Shown: positions 1 to 8,616, numbered from the stretch's first letter. The stretch: DNA of 13,913 bases from Candidatus Heimdallarchaeota archaeon (GCA_030668875.1 DAOVER010000068.1:1-13913), one strand, 5' to 3'. Numbers and translations are program-made. Notes: generated by a model from the sequence alone, not told the origin.

Positions 1-363
1 TTTAGATCCACACAATACAACTTCTGCACCATATCCTTTGGTAGCATCAATTTTGATTTTAGGTGCATTTTCTGGCATGACCACTACAGCTTTTACTTTA
101 GCTAAAGATGATGCTAAAGAGAGTGCTTGAGCAAAGTTTCCTGAAGAGTGTGTTGTAACTCCTTTAGCTTTTAGTTCAGGAGACATGTTAGTTAATGCAT
201 TGAGGGCTCCTCGAATTTTGAAAGAACCGGTTTTTTGGAAATTTTCAAGTTTGAAATAGCAATTACAGTTCAGCATTTCATTAATAGTTGAAGATTTCAT
301 GACTGGAGTTTGATTGATTCTATCTTTAATTCTATTATATGCTTCTTCTACCTTGTTTAACAT
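1..363 (-). CDS. PLP-dependent threonine/serine dehydratase (serine racemase-like), N-terminal part; runs off the window edge
   Basis: Not in the ORF track; manually translated from ATG at 363: MLNKVEEAYNRIKDRINQTPVMKS...FKLENFQKTGSFKIRGA...THSSGNFAQAL...VVMPENAP...KGYGAEVV. It has the PLP-lysine motif (K-x-E-x-x-Q-x-TGSFK-x-RGA) and the SSGN motif of fold-type II dehydratases. Confidence 0.93.
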   Translation of the reverse strand, partial: MLNKVEEAYNRIKDRINQTPVMKSSTINEMLNCNCYFKLENFQKTGSFKIRGALNALTNMSPELKAKGVTTHSSGNFAQALSLASSLAKVKAVVVMPENAPKIKIDATKGYGAEVVLCGSK

Positions 364-415
364 ACAAATCTAACTCTCTCTACTATAAATAACAAGTTTT
401 CCAATTTATCTAAAG

Positions 416-1801
416 TTAATGTGTACTTTTTCCTGTGAACTTAAATGAATTCAATTTCAATGTTGGACATCTAGTTGTTAAGCTTGTATCGAGAGTATCT
501 CCAATAAGAGGTACATTACTGAGGATGTCTGGTATTTTATCAGTAAATCTGAAGTTCCTTGCCGCAGAGACTACTTCACCATCTTCGATATAAAACAAAC
601 CATCTCTGGTAAGACCTGTAATTGCTCCTAATCTCCTATTTACGAAATTTGTATAATGTAATCGATTTATGAAAAAACCTTGCTTTGTCTCTTCATACAT
701 CTCAACAAGTGAAGAATCTCCTGTGTAAAGAGTAAGATTATTGGGCATTACCCACCCAAAAATATAGTCGGAAAAAGGTATAACCTGATGTCCTGTGTTT
801 TGATCCTTATCATTAAGGTATCTGGCTGAAGTGAAGCTGTTATAGATAATTGATTTAGGTACGCCCTCTTCTACAATATATAGTGGTTTCTTTGCTACTC
901 CTTCTCCATCAAATGGGGATGCTAGGATTGTTTCAGTATTTAGGGGATCATCTTGAAGAGTAATATTCTTATCGAATAATTGTGACCCTATTTGATCTGC
1001 TATAAAACTTTGAGATTCATGATACCCAGTTCCATTAAAACCAATAGCTAGAAACCGAACAAGTGTACTAACAGCTGCTGGAGATAAAATAACTTCATAA
1101 TCACCGGGTTCATAATCCTTAGCGGAACATGTACTAACAGAGAGTTCTGTAGCTTTTCTTGCCATTTCTTCTGGTTTTAATTCTGAAGGATTTCTTACTA
1201 CTTGTTTTTCTTTACCAAATCCCTTGTTCTCTTTTTCTGTTAACGAATTTACAGTCATTCCGTTGTATGTAAGCTGATGCGATAAATCAATACCATTTGA
1301 ATTAAGTATGCGAAACCGAAGATCTGTCATATATACTGAGCCTGCTAAATTAGCATCCTTATCTACCTCTTCAGCTGCATTTACAGCTGTTTCAACCATA
1401 TCTGCTCTCTGAAACTCATCCAATAGGTTTCCTGTGGCTATAACATTTGGCATCTGATCTTCTTTCACTTCTGGAAATCCTTGAAAGAAGGGAATTTCTG
1501 GAACAAATTCAAGCATATTAGTTAACTGATCTATTGTGTCATCAATTGATTTTTTTGTCAAAGCGGTTAAAGAATTAGATACAATACGTTTACCCTTTGA
1601 AGCGCGAAACATAAATTTGCAAGTATGATCTGATACATTCTGATGTATTGTTGAAGTAGCAAAACGTGTTAGGGAATGAAGCCTATCAATACAACTCATC
1701 TCATAAGAATCAAATGAACTAGCTTCAAGAGCTTTTGTTGCATAATTCATCAAGGTTTGAAAGCTTTCCGAAAACATGTAATCACTCATTTTTTTAGGCA
1801 T
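416..1801 (-). CDS. TldD/PmbA family protein, PmbA/TldE-type (non-catalytic subunit-like)
   Basis: Family motifs GDYEVILSPAAV, DDP..SPFDGEGV, TGH, PNNL, and TRDGLFYIEDGEVV..RNFRF. No HExxxH at the position where TldD has it. The track start is TTG at 1804; the in-frame ATG at 1801 is used here, and the exact start is uncertain. Confidence 0.88.
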   Translation of the reverse strand: MPKKMSDYMFSESFQTLMNYATKALEASSFDSYEMSCIDRLHSLTRFATSTIHQNVSDHTCKFMFRASKGKRIVSNSLTALTKKSIDDTIDQLTNMLEFVPEIPFFQGFPEVKEDQMPNVIATGNLLDEFQRADMVETAVNAAEEVDKDANLAGSVYMTDLRFRILNSNGIDLSHQLTYNGMTVNSLTEKENKGFGKEKQVVRNPSELKPEEMARKATELSVSTCSAKDYEPGDYEVILSPAAVSTLVRFLAIGFNGTGYHESQSFIADQIGSQLFDKNITLQDDPLNTETILASPFDGEGVAKKPLYIVEEGVPKSIIYNSFTSARYLNDKDQNTGHQVIPFSDYIFGWVMPNNLTLYTGDSSLVEMYEETKQGFFINRLHYTNFVNRRLGAITGLTRDGLFYIEDGEVVSAARNFRFTDKIPDILSNVPLIGDTLDTSLTTRCPTLKLNSFKFTGKSTH

Positions 1802-1929
1802 CAAGAACTCTAGCCTTAGATAATCTTAACGAGAAAACTTTGAATTTAAACGTTTCTCTGAACATTTGCATCTACCTGTAATTCCATTTAGCAAAAATTC
1901 AAATAGATATTCAGTATGATACTCTTTAT

Positions 1930-2589
1930 ATGGTTCTAGGACGAATAGAGGTTCATTGTAGTGAACAAGATATTCAAACTATCATGATGGAAGTTAAATC
2001 TAAACTTAAGGAGTTAGGTTACAAAGTAAAGAAACCAAAAGAAGATTATTTACAGTATCAAACCTTACGTGTAATCAAAAATTCCTACCAGTGGTTGCTT
2101 GATTTCCATATTAAACTAGATAGAACAGGTAATTTAGTTAATATTGAAATAACTCGCATTGAATTCTTTTCAATTGATAAACTCATCTCTGATAGATTGA
2201 AAAAGGCAAATCGAGGTAACCAACAAAGATCGTTTTTTGGATCAATTTTCCGTTTCTGGTGGCTATTTTTTATAATTAGTATAGTAGGTTCCATACTTCT
2301 AAGCTTTCTACCTGATACTGAGAACTCTATATCTACCGTTGGTTATGTCTTACTTGGTATTCTTGGAGCTTTCATGATTTTTTATTTTACGAGTGGTATA
2401 ATTCGCTCAGTTCAAAAGAAAAATGAAGTTGAAAAATCTGATGTGTTAACGGAACAGCTTAAAGCCATTCTACAATCTGTGAATGTTGGGCTTTCTGAAA
2501 CAACAATCATCTGTTGGAACTGTTTTAAAGAAATAACTCCTGTAGGCAGCAGATGTCCTGAATGTAAAAAAGAACTTGTTAAAATTTAA
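1930..2589 (+). CDS. Hypothetical membrane protein: soluble N-domain, two TM helices, C-terminal zinc ribbon
   Basis: 219-aa ORF with hydrophobic segments FWWLFFIISIVGSILLSFL and VGYVLLGILGAFMIFYFTSGII, and C-terminal CWNC-x10-CPEC. Confidence 0.8.
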   Translation: MVLGRIEVHCSEQDIQTIMMEVKSKLKELGYKVKKPKEDYLQYQTLRVIKNSYQWLLDFHIKLDRTGNLVNIEITRIEFFSIDKLISDRLKKANRGNQQRSFFGSIFRFWWLFFIISIVGSILLSFLPDTENSISTVGYVLLGILGAFMIFYFTSGIIRSVQKKNEVEKSDVLTEQLKAILQSVNVGLSETTIICWNCFKEITPVGSRCPECKKELVKI

Positions 2590-2612
2590 TTTTCCTTCTT
2601 TTCTTTTACTTC
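2590..2612 (+). terminator. Putative oligo-U/pyrimidine-rich archaeal terminator
   Basis: TTTTCCTTCTTTTCTTTTACTTC immediately after the stop at 2589. Confidence 0.4.
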
Positions 2613-2664
2613 TGCAAGTTGGTCACCACAACTGTTTTATTTCATTCATTTTCAATAGGTGATA

Positions 2665-3309
2665 ATGTCTGATGCTTCATATCCAGGGTTGTTTATTTGT
2701 TTCGAAGGTATTGATGGTTCAGGAAAAACAACTCAAGCACAATTAGTAGTTGAACGACTTTGCACTTTAGGATATGATGCAGTTTATACAACTGAGCCAA
2801 CAAAATGGTCTGAACCAGGCAAAAAACTTCGAGAAAGCTTTTTTGCTCCAATTCGATTACCCGTTGATGATGAATTTAGACTCTTTTTGGAAGACAGAAT
2901 ACTTCATTTGAAGAGTGAAGTAATTCCCTTACTTAATGCTGGAAAAATTGTTGTAACTGACAGATATTACTTCTCTTCGGTTGCTTATCAAGGGGCAAGA
3001 GGACTTGATTGGCAGTATATCTTAGAGGAGAATGAGAAAATAGCAATTGTACCTCACTTAGCAATATTTTTGGATTTACCGGTTAGTGTAGCTATTGATA
3101 GGATTGCCTCTGAAAGAACTGAAGGAGTAAATACTTTTGAGAAAGAGGAAAGTCTCAGAAAAGTTAAGGATATCTATTTACTCCTTGCAGATAAGTTCCC
3201 CAAGCTAATAACAAAACTTGATGCTTCTAAAGAAATTTCTGAAATCCAACAAAATGTTCTTAGGTTAATTATACAGTTATGGCAAAATAGTAGTAAAGTA
3301 GATAACTAA
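2665..3309 (+). CDS. tmk: Thymidylate kinase (dTMP kinase)
   Basis: P-loop FEGIDGSGKTTQ, TTEPT, and DRYYFSSVAYQG motifs. ATG at 2665 is preceded by SD-like AGGTGA; the track start is GTG 2659. Confidence 0.96.
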   Translation: MSDASYPGLFICFEGIDGSGKTTQAQLVVERLCTLGYDAVYTTEPTKWSEPGKKLRESFFAPIRLPVDDEFRLFLEDRILHLKSEVIPLLNAGKIVVTDRYYFSSVAYQGARGLDWQYILEENEKIAIVPHLAIFLDLPVSVAIDRIASERTEGVNTFEKEESLRKVKDIYLLLADKFPKLITKLDASKEISEIQQNVLRLIIQLWQNSSKVDN

Positions 3310-5499
3310 GCCCAATATCGCAAGAATTTTTATTATTAATGCAATATCTAGTATCTTTACGCGAACATCAACAATGTGATTTTTTCGTCTTTTGGGTTCG
3401 AATCCTTTTAGAGACATGGATTCTGCTAAATCTATTCCCCTGTTTATTGCTCCTGACATTAAAGGTCGAAGAGTTTTTTTTATTATATAATATTGCCTCC
3501 TCAAATTCATTCTTCTTCCTATCAACCCTTTCAATTTTCTGACAGAATTTATGTCTGCTGCTTCTTTGCTTAATACAGGGACAAATTGATAAATTGAGAT
3601 AATTAACCATACGAGTTTTGCGGGAAGATACATCTTTTCTAAAGCCACTGCTAGTTCATAAGGACTAACGGAATTGAAGAACCAAGTTATCAATAACAGT
3701 GAAACTACAAATCTTACCTCTATTTGGATAAATGTTGTAAATGGTGCACTAGTGATTTTACTGTAGAATGCAATGATTGTAGCAATTATAGAAAAAACTG
3801 TAACGAAAAATATAGCTTGACCTAGGAATTTTAGTTTTATCTCACCAGTAATGTAGATTGAAAATGCAAAGAGAAGCAACGTGATTAAAACATAAACATT
3901 GTTGGCGTAAAGCGATGAAATAAGCATTGCTAACACAATTATTACTCTTGTTCTAGGATCTAAGTGCCATTTATCTCCAAATTTAGGCAATGTCTTTTGC
4001 TCGCATTTTATCATAATTTGATCCAATTTTTCTTTGTTTTCAATGGTACTTAATGCTAAATTATCAAAATCCTCTATCTCTTTTATACAACCACTTTCCA
4101 AAAGGAATAATCTATCACAAAATTCTTTCAACCAAGTTGAATCATGTGAGATGATCACCACGGTTTTGTTTTCTTTCCTTAAATCACATATTTTGTTAAC
4201 TAACCACTCTTTATTCTCGTTATCTAAACCATTTGTGATTTCATCTAAAATGATAATGTCTGGTTCATGATATATTGCTGCAATAAAAGCTAACCTTCTC
4301 TTTTCACCATGGGAGAGAGATTGTGGATTCTGATCCTTGTACCTCGCTAGACCACTTTCTTTGAGCAAGGTGTTAACGTCTGTCCCTTTAGATTCAACCT
4401 CTAAACTTTCCTTAACTAATTCAACCTCTTGGTAAACTTTGTCTTCAAAGAATTGAATTTCTGGGTTCTGAAAAACCATTGAAACATGCTTAGCTTTTTC
4501 TTCCCAAGACAAATCTTTGAAATTCTCCCCTTTAATCTCAATAGCCCCCCTATTAGGTTTTAATATACCACACAGGAGTTTTGCTACTGTTGTCTTTCCT
4601 GATCCGTTGTCACCTAGAATGCCAACAACCTCTCCTTCGTTGAATGAAAAAGAAATGTTGTTTATTCTGAAACCTTCTGGAAACTCGAATTCGAGGTTTT
4701 TTACAGATAATATGGTTTTTTGAGTTAAAGTTTGACCATCTGTTGATTTGCCTCTTAATTCTTCATTCTCTTGAATGCTTGCAATTTCTCTTAGATCTGT
4801 ACTATCTTCTTTTATTGTAATTTCCCTTACAATCTTACCCTCATTAATTTCAATTACTCTTGTAGCAACACCCAAATAATGTGAAATATCATGAGTCGAA
4901 ACAATTATGGTTTTTCCTTCTCTATTCATTTTAGCTAAGAGAGAACAAATTACTTTCTTGTTGTTAGTATCAAGATTTGCTAAAGGCTCATCAGCTATAA
5001 ATATTTCCGGATCAGAAGTCAAACCACAAGCAATCGCTACTTTTTGCTTCTGTCCTTCTGATAATTTTTGTGGGTTACTTGCAAGCAAATTGTTTAAGTG
5101 TAATTTAGACGAAATTGCTTGAACCTTTTCATTAATAACCTCACTTTTTATAGCTCTATATTCCAATGGAAATGCTAATTCAGTTAGAACGAAAGGTGTA
5201 ACCAGGGTATTTTCAACGCGTTGGGGAACATATCCAATTCTTTTAGATAGATATAAAATAGAAGATTCTTGGACCTTCTGTTTTCCAATAAATACATCTC
5301 CCTTTGTTTTTCCAGCATAAAAAAATGGTATGAGACCAACTAGTGAATAACATAGAGAACTCTTTCCTGATCCACTTGAACCTGTGAGGATTATGAATTC
5401 ACCCTGTGAAATTGAGAGATTAATGTCTGAGAGGGTCCATTTGTCGCGAAAATGATATTGAAAAGAAAAATTCTCGAAAGAGATTATTGGTTCTTTCAA
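3277..5499 (-). CDS. ECF transporter energizing module as one polypeptide: two ABC ATPase domains (EcfA/EcfA') fused to a C-terminal EcfT/CbiQ membrane domain
   Basis: ATPase 1: GSSGSGKS, LSEGQKQKVAIA, IFIADEP, STHD. ATPase 2: GDNGSGKT, LSHGEKRR, IIILDE, ISHD. EcfT: HLDPRTR, several TM helices, ELAVALEKMYLP, RGIDLAESMSLKGF. TTG start with GGTGA SD 6 nt upstream. Confidence 0.9.
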   Translation of the reverse strand: MKEPIISFENFSFQYHFRDKWTLSDINLSISQGEFIILTGSSGSGKSSLCYSLVGLIPFFYAGKTKGDVFIGKQKVQESSILYLSKRIGYVPQRVENTLVTPFVLTELAFPLEYRAIKSEVINEKVQAISSKLHLNNLLASNPQKLSEGQKQKVAIACGLTSDPEIFIADEPLANLDTNNKKVICSLLAKMNREGKTIIVSTHDISHYLGVATRVIEINEGKIVREITIKEDSTDLREIASIQENEELRGKSTDGQTLTQKTILSVKNLEFEFPEGFRINNISFSFNEGEVVGILGDNGSGKTTVAKLLCGILKPNRGAIEIKGENFKDLSWEEKAKHVSMVFQNPEIQFFEDKVYQEVELVKESLEVESKGTDVNTLLKESGLARYKDQNPQSLSHGEKRRLAFIAAIYHEPDIIILDEITNGLDNENKEWLVNKICDLRKENKTVVIISHDSTWLKEFCDRLFLLESGCIKEIEDFDNLALSTIENKEKLDQIMIKCEQKTLPKFGDKWHLDPRTRVIIVLAMLISSLYANNVYVLITLLLFAFSIYITGEIKLKFLGQAIFFVTVFSIIATIIAFYSKITSAPFTTFIQIEVRFVVSLLLITWFFNSVSPYELAVALEKMYLPAKLVWLIISIYQFVPVLSKEAADINSVRKLKGLIGRRMNLRRQYYIIKKTLRPLMSGAINRGIDLAESMSLKGFEPKRRKNHIVDVRVKILDIALIIKILAILGLVIYFTTILP

Positions 5500-5519
5500 T
5501 TTAGATCACCAAAGTTGAT

Positions 5520-6530
5520 TTATTTCTGTTTTATTTCCTTAAGCAACATTTTTAGAAGCATTTGTACAATCTCATCTTTCTTCTTTGGAAACTCCTTTGG
5601 CTTGTTAAAATTTATCCCCGCAGCAGTTTGATGACCACCACCAGATCCTTCAAAATTTGCAGAAATCACATTTGCTAGAGTCCCAAGAGAAATTTTGTTT
5701 CTTTCTGCAAAAGTTTTGGTACATCTCATGCTGATACGATATTCCTTATCAGAGGGCACTGCTAATACGACTGCGAAGCTTGCCCCTAATCCAATTAGCG
5801 CTCTTGCTACTGACGATTCATAAGAGCTCACATGAGTAAGTGCATAAATGTCAGTTCCTTCTTTATGAATTAATGTTCTTGTTACTCCTTTTAATCTGGC
5901 AATTTTCTCTGAATTGCTTGGCTCTTTTTGCAAAATAGAAAGAGCTTCATCATAATTGCCTCCACTACGTATTAAAAACTGAACAGTATTGAAAGTTGAA
6001 GCTGTTCTATAGATAAATCTTCGAGTATCAAAAAGAATACCCGCAAGCAAAAATGTAGCGATATTTGGTTCTAATACTATCTCCAATTTTTCATATATTT
6101 TTCCTATCATTTCAGCTGTTGATGTCTCTGTATCAATTATTGAGTGAGTTATCTCTTCTGCTTGTTTTATCCTTTCATGATGATCTATAACGATGATAGG
6201 TTTCTTTTGAGAAATGAAATTATTTAATGAAATATTGCCGAGTTGCTGAATATTATTAGCATCACAGATGAAAATGATGTCCAGATCATTAGGTACCGTA
6301 TCACTTTGAAACACTTCATTTCCGGTCAAAAGCAGTTTTTTTGATATTAAATTTATTGACTGTGCAAATAATGTAAATCTCACCTTTGGAAAATATTGCT
6401 TCAGTATATATTTTAATCCAACTGCGCTTGAAATAGCGTCAGGATCTGCATTTTGATGAGCAAAGATTCCCACATGAGAAATTTTTTTCTTTTGATAGAT
6501 TTCTATAATATCTAGGAATTTTTCCGACAG
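5520..6530 (-). CDS. DHH/DHHA1 family phosphoesterase (NrnA-like)
   Basis: Motifs HQNADPDA, IFICDA, VIDHH, GILFDT and GGGHQTAAG. The frame is open upstream of the track's GTG (6473). An in-frame CTG at 6530 has a GGAGGAG SD 5 nt upstream, so the start is probably about 6530. Confidence 0.9.
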   Translation of the reverse strand: MSEKFLDIIEIYQKKKISHVGIFAHQNADPDAISSAVGLKYILKQYFPKVRFTLFAQSINLISKKLLLTGNEVFQSDTVPNDLDIIFICDANNIQQLGNISLNNFISQKKPIIVIDHHERIKQAEEITHSIIDTETSTAEMIGKIYEKLEIVLEPNIATFLLAGILFDTRRFIYRTASTFNTVQFLIRSGGNYDEALSILQKEPSNSEKIARLKGVTRTLIHKEGTDIYALTHVSSYESSVARALIGLGASFAVVLAVPSDKEYRISMRCTKTFAERNKISLGTLANVISANFEGSGGGHQTAAGINFNKPKEFPKKKDEIVQMLLKMLLKEIKQK

Positions 6531-6817
6531 AGTAACTCCTCCTTTAATACATCTTGTGCATATTCATAAGCCTCTTGTTGAAGTTCATCTAATTGCAAAG
6601 AAGATAAGCCGCCTGATATATCACAGTCGAGGATTAGGGTGAGAACACTGTCGGGAGACTGTGATAAACTTATTATAATCCCAAAGTCAGTTAAGAGTTT
6701 CCAAGACTTATGGTTTTGAAGGAATAAGTGTATCTTTGTTTCAACAATTGAAGCTATCTCTTCAAGCTCATCATCAGATAAAGGTTTAAGCCCAATATCG
6801 GTTATATCTGAAACCAT
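6512..6817 (-). CDS. DUF3194 family protein (conserved archaeal, typically between pfdB and a DHH gene)
   Basis: Acidic 101-aa protein (IGLKPLSDDELEEIASIVE...LDELQQEAYEYAQDVLKEEL) resembling the family, in its characteristic gene context. Confidence 0.75.
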   Translation of the reverse strand: MVSDITDIGLKPLSDDELEEIASIVETKIHLFLQNHKSWKLLTDFGIIISLSQSPDSVLTLILDCDISGGLSSLQLDELQQEAYEYAQDVLKEELLCRKNS

Positions 6818-6858
6818 AAACTTTCAACTCTTTTTGTATTTGAAAAATTTTGCCGGGA

Positions 6859-7200
6859 TTATTGACTCCCAGAAAGCTTTACTTGTAATTCTTTGAAAGA
6901 AGTGACTAATTTGTTCTGTCTTTTAGTCAATGAAGCAATTCTTACTTCAACCTTTTCATGTTCTTCTTCTACATATTTATTCACATCTTCAAGGTTTGTT
7001 TGAAATAATAATCTGCCTGCAGAACGATAAATAACTGCGGAATTATCCAGATTTTTTGTTTCCTTTTTGGCTATTTCTAAATCTCTTTTTTCCATCTCTA
7101 ATTGTTGGACTTGCCTACCAATTACATCTAATTGCTGAGCTAGTTGTTGGTACTGTTGAAGATCTTCTTGTTGTTCTGGGGTCATTTGTGGTTGTGCCAT
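6859..7200 (-). CDS. pfdB: Prefoldin subunit beta
   Basis: Coiled coil / beta-hairpin / coiled coil: QQYQQLAQQL...LEMEKRDLE...VIYRSAGRLLF...EKVEVRIASLTKRQ. SD-like GAGG upstream. Confidence 0.93.
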   Translation of the reverse strand: MAQPQMTPEQQEDLQQYQQLAQQLDVIGRQVQQLEMEKRDLEIAKKETKNLDNSAVIYRSAGRLLFQTNLEDVNKYVEEEHEKVEVRIASLTKRQNKLVTSFKELQVKLSGSQ

Positions 7201-7245
7201 TTTAAATCCTCTAATAATCTCTAAACAATGCTGATGAAGAGGAAA

Positions 7246-7260
7246 AATAAAGGTTTTGAT
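7246..7260 (-). promoter_or_regulatory. Putative BRE+TATA promoter of pfdB
   Basis: Minus strand reads ATCAAAACCTTTATT: a purine-rich BRE followed by a TTTA box, about 48 nt upstream of the ATG. Confidence 0.5.
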
Positions 7261-7304
7261 AAACGGGAAAGGAGTGAACCTACATTCAGTAGAAGGTTTA
7301 AGAT

Positions 7305-7332
7305 AATAAAGAAAAAGAGGGAAAAAGAGAAA
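7305..7332 (-). terminator. Putative oligo-U terminator of the actin gene
   Basis: Minus strand after the actin stop reads TTTCTCTTTTTCCCTCTTTTTCTTTATT, with two T5 tracts in a tandem 9-mer. Confidence 0.55.
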
Positions 7333-7339
7333 TTATGTC

Positions 7340-8476
7340 TTAGATACAGCGGTAAACTGCGGTTGGTCCAATTTCTTTGTATTCTTTCTTGGTAACCCAC
7401 AGTTTTGCGAATGTCTTAAGAGAACTTAAGATACTTCCACCAATCCAAACAGAATATCTTCTTTCAGGGGGGGCAATAATTTTTACTTCCATTGTTTCAG
7501 GTACTAATTCAGTAAGCTCCTTGTGGAGACGTTCTTTTAGACCTGGGTACATAGTTGATCCGCCTGATAATACGATGTTGGCATATAAATCTCTGCGAAG
7601 ATCGACATCACAGTTTTGAATAGATCTGTAAATTAGCTCATCTAATGCGTTTTCTTCAGAACCAATAGCTCCAGGATTGAAGAACAATTCAGGGGCCATA
7701 AATCTCTCTGCACCAATGGTTAATGTTTCACCATCAGGTAGAGTGTATGTCTTTTCCATTCCAGAAACTTTCTCAGCTAGCTTCAATTCTTTTTCAGGAT
7801 CTAAAGCTACATAGCAGAGTCGTTCCTTGATGTCACGGACAATTTCTCGTTCAGCACTGCTTGAGAGTGAATATCCACGTTGTCGGAGTAATCTTCTCAA
7901 ATAATCAGTTACATCACGACCGCCGATATCAGAACGATGAATAGCATGAGCAATTGCGAACCCTTCATAGACAGGAACAATGTGTGTAACTCCATCACCA
8001 GAATCTACAACTATACCAGTTGTACGGCCTGATGCATATAGAGATAGAATAGCCTGCATTGAGATGTACATTGCAGGTACATTGAATGTGTCAAACATCA
8101 ATTCTGCCATTTTCTCTTTGTTTTGATTTTTATTCAAAGGAGGTTCAGTTAACAGAATAGGATGTTCATTGGGGTTAACTCTTAAGTCATTATAGAAAGT
8201 ATAATGCCAAATGCGTTCCATAGCATCCCAGTCTTGAACTTGTCCATGCTCAACAGGATAAACAAGTTTCAAAACACCTCGTAGGTTAATAGCTTCTTCG
8301 CCTATATAATATTCGCGAACGTAATGTTCTACATCGGTCATGATTATCTGATATTTAGGATAACCAATGATCGTTGGAAAAACGCTTCTAGGTTGATCTT
8401 CTCCAGCAAAACCGTTTTTGGTAAAGCCCGTACCATTATCGATAACAAGCGGTTTGTTTTGTATCATCTCTTCCAA
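7340..8476 (-). CDS. Asgard actin (Lokiactin-type, eukaryote-like actin)
   Basis: 378 aa, collinear with actin: [95 protein letters not shown] start with GGTGA SD (8484-8488); an alternative ATG lies at 8467. Confidence 0.98.
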   Translation of the reverse strand: MEEMIQNKPLVIDNGTGFTKNGFAGEDQPRSVFPTIIGYPKYQIIMTDVEHYVREYYIGEEAINLRGVLKLVYPVEHGQVQDWDAMERIWHYTFYNDLRVNPNEHPILLTEPPLNKNQNKEKMAELMFDTFNVPAMYISMQAILSLYASGRTTGIVVDSGDGVTHIVPVYEGFAIAHAIHRSDIGGRDVTDYLRRLLRQRGYSLSSSAEREIVRDIKERLCYVALDPEKELKLAEKVSGMEKTYTLPDGETLTIGAERFMAPELFFNPGAIGSEENALDELIYRSIQNCDVDLRRDLYANIVLSGGSTMYPGLKERLHKELTELVPETMEVKIIAPPERRYSVWIGGSILSSLKTFAKLWVTKKEYKEIGPTAVYRCI

Positions 8477-8536
8477 TTTTAAGTCACCAGATTAATTTTG
8501 TTTTTGTTATATAGTTTCACTACTCGTGTTTTTTTT

Positions 8537-8551
8537 CTTAAATGTTTTGAT
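8537..8551 (-). promoter_or_regulatory. Putative BRE+TATA promoter of actin
   Basis: Minus strand reads ATCAAAACATTTAAG, about 63 nt upstream of the TTG. A second candidate, GAAACTATATAA, lies at about 8507-8518. Confidence 0.45.
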
Positions 8552-8616
8552 TGTATTAGGCTAAATCTAGAATAAATTATCAACATCCTTATATGCCTTT
8601 CACCTTTTTTCATCTT

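Noticed and set aside
2085-4723. Short track ORFs 2085-2294, 3339-3542, 3368-3610, 4034-4270, 4517-4723
   Set aside because: Antisense shadows lying wholly inside well-supported genes, with no motifs.
7338-7354. Actin C-terminus (YRCI) as a CaaX prenylation motif
   Set aside because: The Cys is penultimate, equivalent to eukaryotic Cys374, not fourth from the end.
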